Shown piece after piece: positions 59,823 through 64,000 of a DNA stretch of 64,000 nt. Position 1 is the first letter of the stretch. Each line of letters starts with the position of its first letter. Source of the DNA: Schizosaccharomyces osmophilus (Eukaryota). The stretch is taken from contig NC_079238.1 in assembly GCF_027921745.1 (NCBI RefSeq), positions 186,001-250,000 on the forward strand. Direction: 5' to 3'. The notes under the pieces are model-generated. The model did no database searches. It worked only from the letters and a program-made list of their open reading frames with translations, and was not told the DNA's origin. The position numbers and the translations under genes are program-made.

Positions 59823-60769
59823 AGAACACATTCAACGCTATATATTTTCGTTTTACGTGCTCTCCTTTATGCCATGTTCCTTTTGCGTATATGATTCCCT
59901 TCAGAAATTATACGCTCCAATGAAAGGAGTAATTGTGGATGCAATAGAATGCGTTGAAAAGCCTTAGTTTATTCCCTTTTCTTTGCAGGATTGCTGTCTT
60001 TCGTTTGATTATCTATCATTCCTCCCTTTTCTCAAACTATTGTCTATATTTATCAATACTAGCAAAATCCTTGTTTCTACTTACCGAGGGAAATTTTGAA
60101 TGGTTTATTTTACTTTAAGAATAATTTTATCCATGTTTCTTGTCCGTTCTTTTAGTTTTTATTAACATACAAACACACGCGCACACGCTCTTAGCATTCC
60201 TTGCCTTTCCTTCATCGTATCCTCGTGTTTGCTCTTGTATGTGCCTCTGTTCGTGGATTCAAGCTTCATTAATCGGCAGGTTTTGAACACGCCTACTACA
60301 TAAACAATGCTTTCTCTTTTGTAAATTTTTCTTTGTACATACCAATTCCTGACCGTCTACTCTGTCGTCCTTTGTTTATATTCACAAAATTCTACTTTTT
60401 CTTATGTAGTTCTAATAATATATCTGCGTTCGTTTTTTTTTTTTAATTAATTTTATTATTCGGTTCATTGACTATATTCCTAAAATAATAAACCTATCCC
60501 CACAGACGATATTATAAGAAAGAATAGATACAAACTGTAGGTTATGTTTACTAGAGGTAGCAAGGCAAAATTAAGCATCAATAAACCTGAAATGCCCAAA
60601 AACAATAAAAACTAAACAAAAACATAGAGATATCAAAATAAAAATACAAAGTCGAATATGCAAAGCAAAAAGCACTTGCATAAAGCCAGTAACGGACATT
60701 ATGGATGAAAACAGCAATCCAGAAAAAAAATGTTTTCTTTTCATGATTCAGGCTTTTCTAAACGATATC

Positions 60770-62638
60770 TCAAGCCCTCAAAGATTCTTCAGCAGCTGTG
60801 AACTTGTCAACATCATGGGCACTACCATTTGTAGGGACTTTTTCAAAATTATAGCTTTCAGCGACTTCATTGGAAACAGCTTGCTTTTGCTCTTCCATTG
60901 CACGAACATATTCCAGCTTGTTCTCATCGTCTTCCATGTTATCGTAATGGCGGAAGCAGAAGAAAAACGCGATACCGGCAATAAAGGCAGTGATGGCAAC
61001 ACCAGCATACATCCAAGTAAGCTTGGGATCGACGGCTGTAGAGGAAATGCAAATAGACAAAATGGCGCCAAAAGCATTGGTTAACAAAAATAAAGAGGTA
61101 ATGAACGATTTCATGGAAGCAGGAGCCTTCGTATAAGCATATTCGTAACCAGTGATACTTGCAAAAATTTCAGAGAATGCAATTAAAACATAAGCAGGAA
61201 TTTGAATCCAAACGTTAATGTAGTTAAAAGTACAATCATCGGTAAAGTTGCTGTGGCAAGGGCCTCTTTGATAAATTTTAGCTTGCAAAACGGAAGCATA
61301 AACCATGGAAGCAGCAGCAAACATAAAACCTACGGTAATACGAGCTATAGGACGGAAAGGAATACGAAGGTGACGCAAGAGAACATACAATCCGTAATCG
61401 CAAATTGGAATAAAGATAATGAGAGCAATGGAGTCAAATACTTGGAAAATGTCATTTGAAACATTACCGGTATTCATTTCAGCAGCCTGAGAAATCAAAT
61501 TATTGGTCATTTGATTATAACAGACCCAATAAATAGGGAAGAAGAGGAAAGTTTTGCATGCACGCAAAGCACGAAGAAATTCATCAATAAACAAATCATC
61601 CCAATTGTTTTTCAGAACGACCTTACCCTTTGTATCGGGATAAGAGGGTTTTGCTGCTTGGAAGTTGAACTTGTTTTGGATGGCAAGGAAAAAAACTTGA
61701 CAGACTTTCACAAAGATAGAGCCGGCAGGGGGAGTGTGTTTGTAAATACGCTTGGTACCAAAGAGGATAGCCAACGGAATAATAAAGACACAAAGGGGAA
61801 GTAAGTAGCAGTAGACGAAACCAGTTTTGCGTTCCAAATTAGTAGTAGCAAGCACAGAAAGAGATCCAAGGTTAATAGCCCAATAGAACAACATATAAAC
61901 ACGGGAAGTAGTAATAGTAGGATCAATAATAACACGGTTTCCATTCTTCATCGTTTTGACATAAGGAGGAACCTTGGGAAGTTGCTCGGCCATCAAGGGA
62001 GAGACGTTTGACTTGATGCCACCAGTACCCAAACCAATAATAATGAGGGAAACAACGAAACCGCCTAAACTTTTTCCAGAATTTACGACGGAGGGAATGG
62101 CGGTACAAGTAAGGATAAGAATACCAACAAAATAAATAACAGCACTGACCCAAATGGTGTTGTATCGACCCAAGAATTGATCGGCAATGAAAGCGGAAAA
62201 GACAGGGGTTACATAGCACCAGAATTGGAAGAAGTTAGAAAGACCAGTAGCACCAGATTGACCAAGACTCAAAGCACCTTTTGTGGAGTCGTGAGGACCG
62301 AATTGCATGTAATTTTGGAAAGGGACAGTTAAACCATAATAAGCAAACCGTTCGCAAAGTTCGACGATGACAATCACCCAAGCACAGAAAGGGATGCTAC
62401 TTGGAACATGACTAAGTGTTTGGATTTCTTCTTCCGTAGGAGGAAAATAGGTTTCGCCATCGATAATAATTCCATCGGAAAGGGACTTTTCGGGGGAATC
62501 TTGGCTGTACAAGGACTGCTCATCAGCAATGACGGTGGCTTCTTCGGGATTCTTCTTCACATCTTTTTCGTAAGATTCGTTTGTCGAAATAATGTCAAAA
62601 GCGCCATCAACGGCCTTGTTGGGAGGAATTGTGCTCAT
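60770..62638 (-). CDS. ptr2: POT/PTR-family di/tripeptide transporter
   Basis: VELCERFAYYG (ExxERF), GLGTGGIKSNVSP, FYWAINLGS, EYAYTKAPASMKS. Confidence 0.93.
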   Translation of the reverse strand: MSTIPPNKAVDGAFDIISTNESYEKDVKKNPEEATVIADEQSLYSQDSPEKSLSDGIIIDGETYFPPTEEEIQTLSHVPSSIPFCAWVIVIVELCERFAYYGLTVPFQNYMQFGPHDSTKGALSLGQSGATGLSNFFQFWCYVTPVFSAFIADQFLGRYNTIWVSAVIYFVGILILTCTAIPSVVNSGKSLGGFVVSLIIIGLGTGGIKSNVSPLMAEQLPKVPPYVKTMKNGNRVIIDPTITTSRVYMLFYWAINLGSLSVLATTNLERKTGFVYCYLLPLCVFIIPLAILFGTKRIYKHTPPAGSIFVKVCQVFFLAIQNKFNFQAAKPSYPDTKGKVVLKNNWDDLFIDEFLRALRACKTFLFFPIYWVCYNQMTNNLISQAAEMNTGNVSNDIFQVFDSIALIIFIPICDYGLYVLLRHLRIPFRPIARITVGFMFAAASMVYASVLQAKIYQRGPCHSNFTDDCTFNYINVWIQIPAYVLIAFSEIFASITGYEYAYTKAPASMKSFITSLFLLTNAFGAILSICISSTAVDPKLTWMYAGVAITAFIAGIAFFFCFRHYDNMEDDENKLEYVRAMEEQKQAVSNEVAESYNFEKVPTNGSAHDVDKFTAAEESLRA

Positions 62639-64000
62639 GGTATGAAAACAATACCAACCAAAAATGAATAAGGGAAAAGAAGAATAAAAAAAGGGAAACT
62701 ACAAAAACAAAAATCCAAGGACAAGAGGGATAGAGATCTAACTAAATATTGAATAGAATTGTCCTTTCTTAGAAAACCTGTTTGATGGATATAGGAGAAC
62801 ACAGATTCTCAAAAAGGTAACAAAAGGGTAACAAAAAATAGATAGAATCTACGCGTCTAAAAATAGGTAGACACAAAAGTTAAGAAGAAAAGAGCCAACA
62901 AATAAGTTTTATATTATTTAGATAATAAATGTTGGGAAATGTTTCAGTTCTGCTTTATCGAGAGATATTAAAACACAACAAAAACAAGGAAATTAGAGCA
63001 CACAAAAACAAGCGAAAAAGGAATCCTTTTTCCAAATCCGGTTCAGATGATTATGGACTGATTCTCGTATCAAAGAAAGAATAAAATATTAAATATCAAA
63101 GAATGAAAAATTGAAAAACGAAAAAGAAAATAATAGTCACAAAGTATTTTCTACTTGCTGCTGGTACGTTCCGGACAAGAGAGCGATATAATCCCGAGGG
63201 AATGCCCGGTTATATAGTCACAGGCTTTTTAACGATAGCGATATCCATGTGGTAAAAACGCCTTTATCTATGTAAAAACAGCCATTTGTCTAGATAAGAA
63301 ATCTCGCACATTAGGTACAGCCGTGTAGCCATGTGGCCAAATTTTAACCAATCAAATGTCGTAAAATAAAAGCAAACAAGCGAGATGAGAGAACCGATCC
63401 AATCAATCACTTCTTGACCAATCATAGGAAACCGGATTAACCTTGTTCTTTCGATCAGCAGATAATGAAATAAACACATGCCATGAGATATGTCTACCGG
63501 AGTCCAGATACTCCATTAGGTTTCACGATGATGGTACTGTTACCACCTACAGGAATTAGATAGAGATTAAGTTTATCAACGTGATGTTGACAGAACCATA
63601 TATGGATCGCGTAGAACAGTCTTTCGTAACTTATGAAAAAGACCGGAAAGAGCGGCTGGCACGACTCGTGTTGTTTGGGTGGCAGTGCAGGGCCGTTAAG
63701 GAAGAGCTTAGTTTTAGTAAACAAACGCACTTGGCAGCTATCTGTAGACAGTAGTAGAGTCAGGAATGGAGCAGGACAGAACAGAACAGAACAGAAGAGT
63801 GGTAATGAAACGAATAAATAGATGGATTGCTTGAAATTGAACCACCGAGATATTGCAGAATGAAAGAGCTGATAGAAAGAATGATGCCAAGTTGTGTAAG
63901 AATGATAACAAAAAGTGGAAGAAACGATAGACAACGAACGTTTAGCTTAGTTGAGCCCCGTTGGAAACGTCCTAGGAATGAAATGGAAACCAAACCCCGG

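Noticed and set aside
1..64000. tRNA, 5S rRNA, Tf-type LTRs, wtf-like genes or CRISPR arrays
   Set aside because: None recognised by eye; tRNAscan-SE and a repeat search would be needed to exclude degenerate copies.

Overview
Gene-dense eukaryotic DNA from a fission yeast (Schizosaccharomyces). The proteins are close to, but diverged from, S. pombe, consistent with the octosporus/cryophilus/osmophilus group; the species cannot be fixed from sequence alone. There are 26 protein-coding genes, many with short GT..CTAAC..YAG introns. The ORF track misses or fragments several: pan5, the Zn2Cys6 DNA-binding exons, a 6-exon NAD kinase, a NOPCHAP1-like gene, irc3, cbc2 and a hidden 3-exon Ina17-like microprotein. 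By recalled S. pombe gene order, the window joins three blocks: a pan5/MFS/Zn-cluster block, the chromosome I SPAC3H5 block (WD40, Fmp27, rpl32, NAD kinase, rpl5), and the chromosome II SPBC11C11/SPBC3B8/SPBC13A2 block (pus4 to ptr2). The second junction falls at rpl5, which is duplicated at both S. pombe loci. The most intriguing non-coding signal is a structured + strand element at about 48070-48270. It resembles a box H/ACA RNA whose first pocket fits 5.8S rRNA U73, and it also carries a 10-13 nt antisense element to 18S helix 34 next to the ac4C site. No tRNA, rRNA, LTR/transposon or CRISPR array was recognised. Coordinates and gene identities were derived by eye, without database searches.
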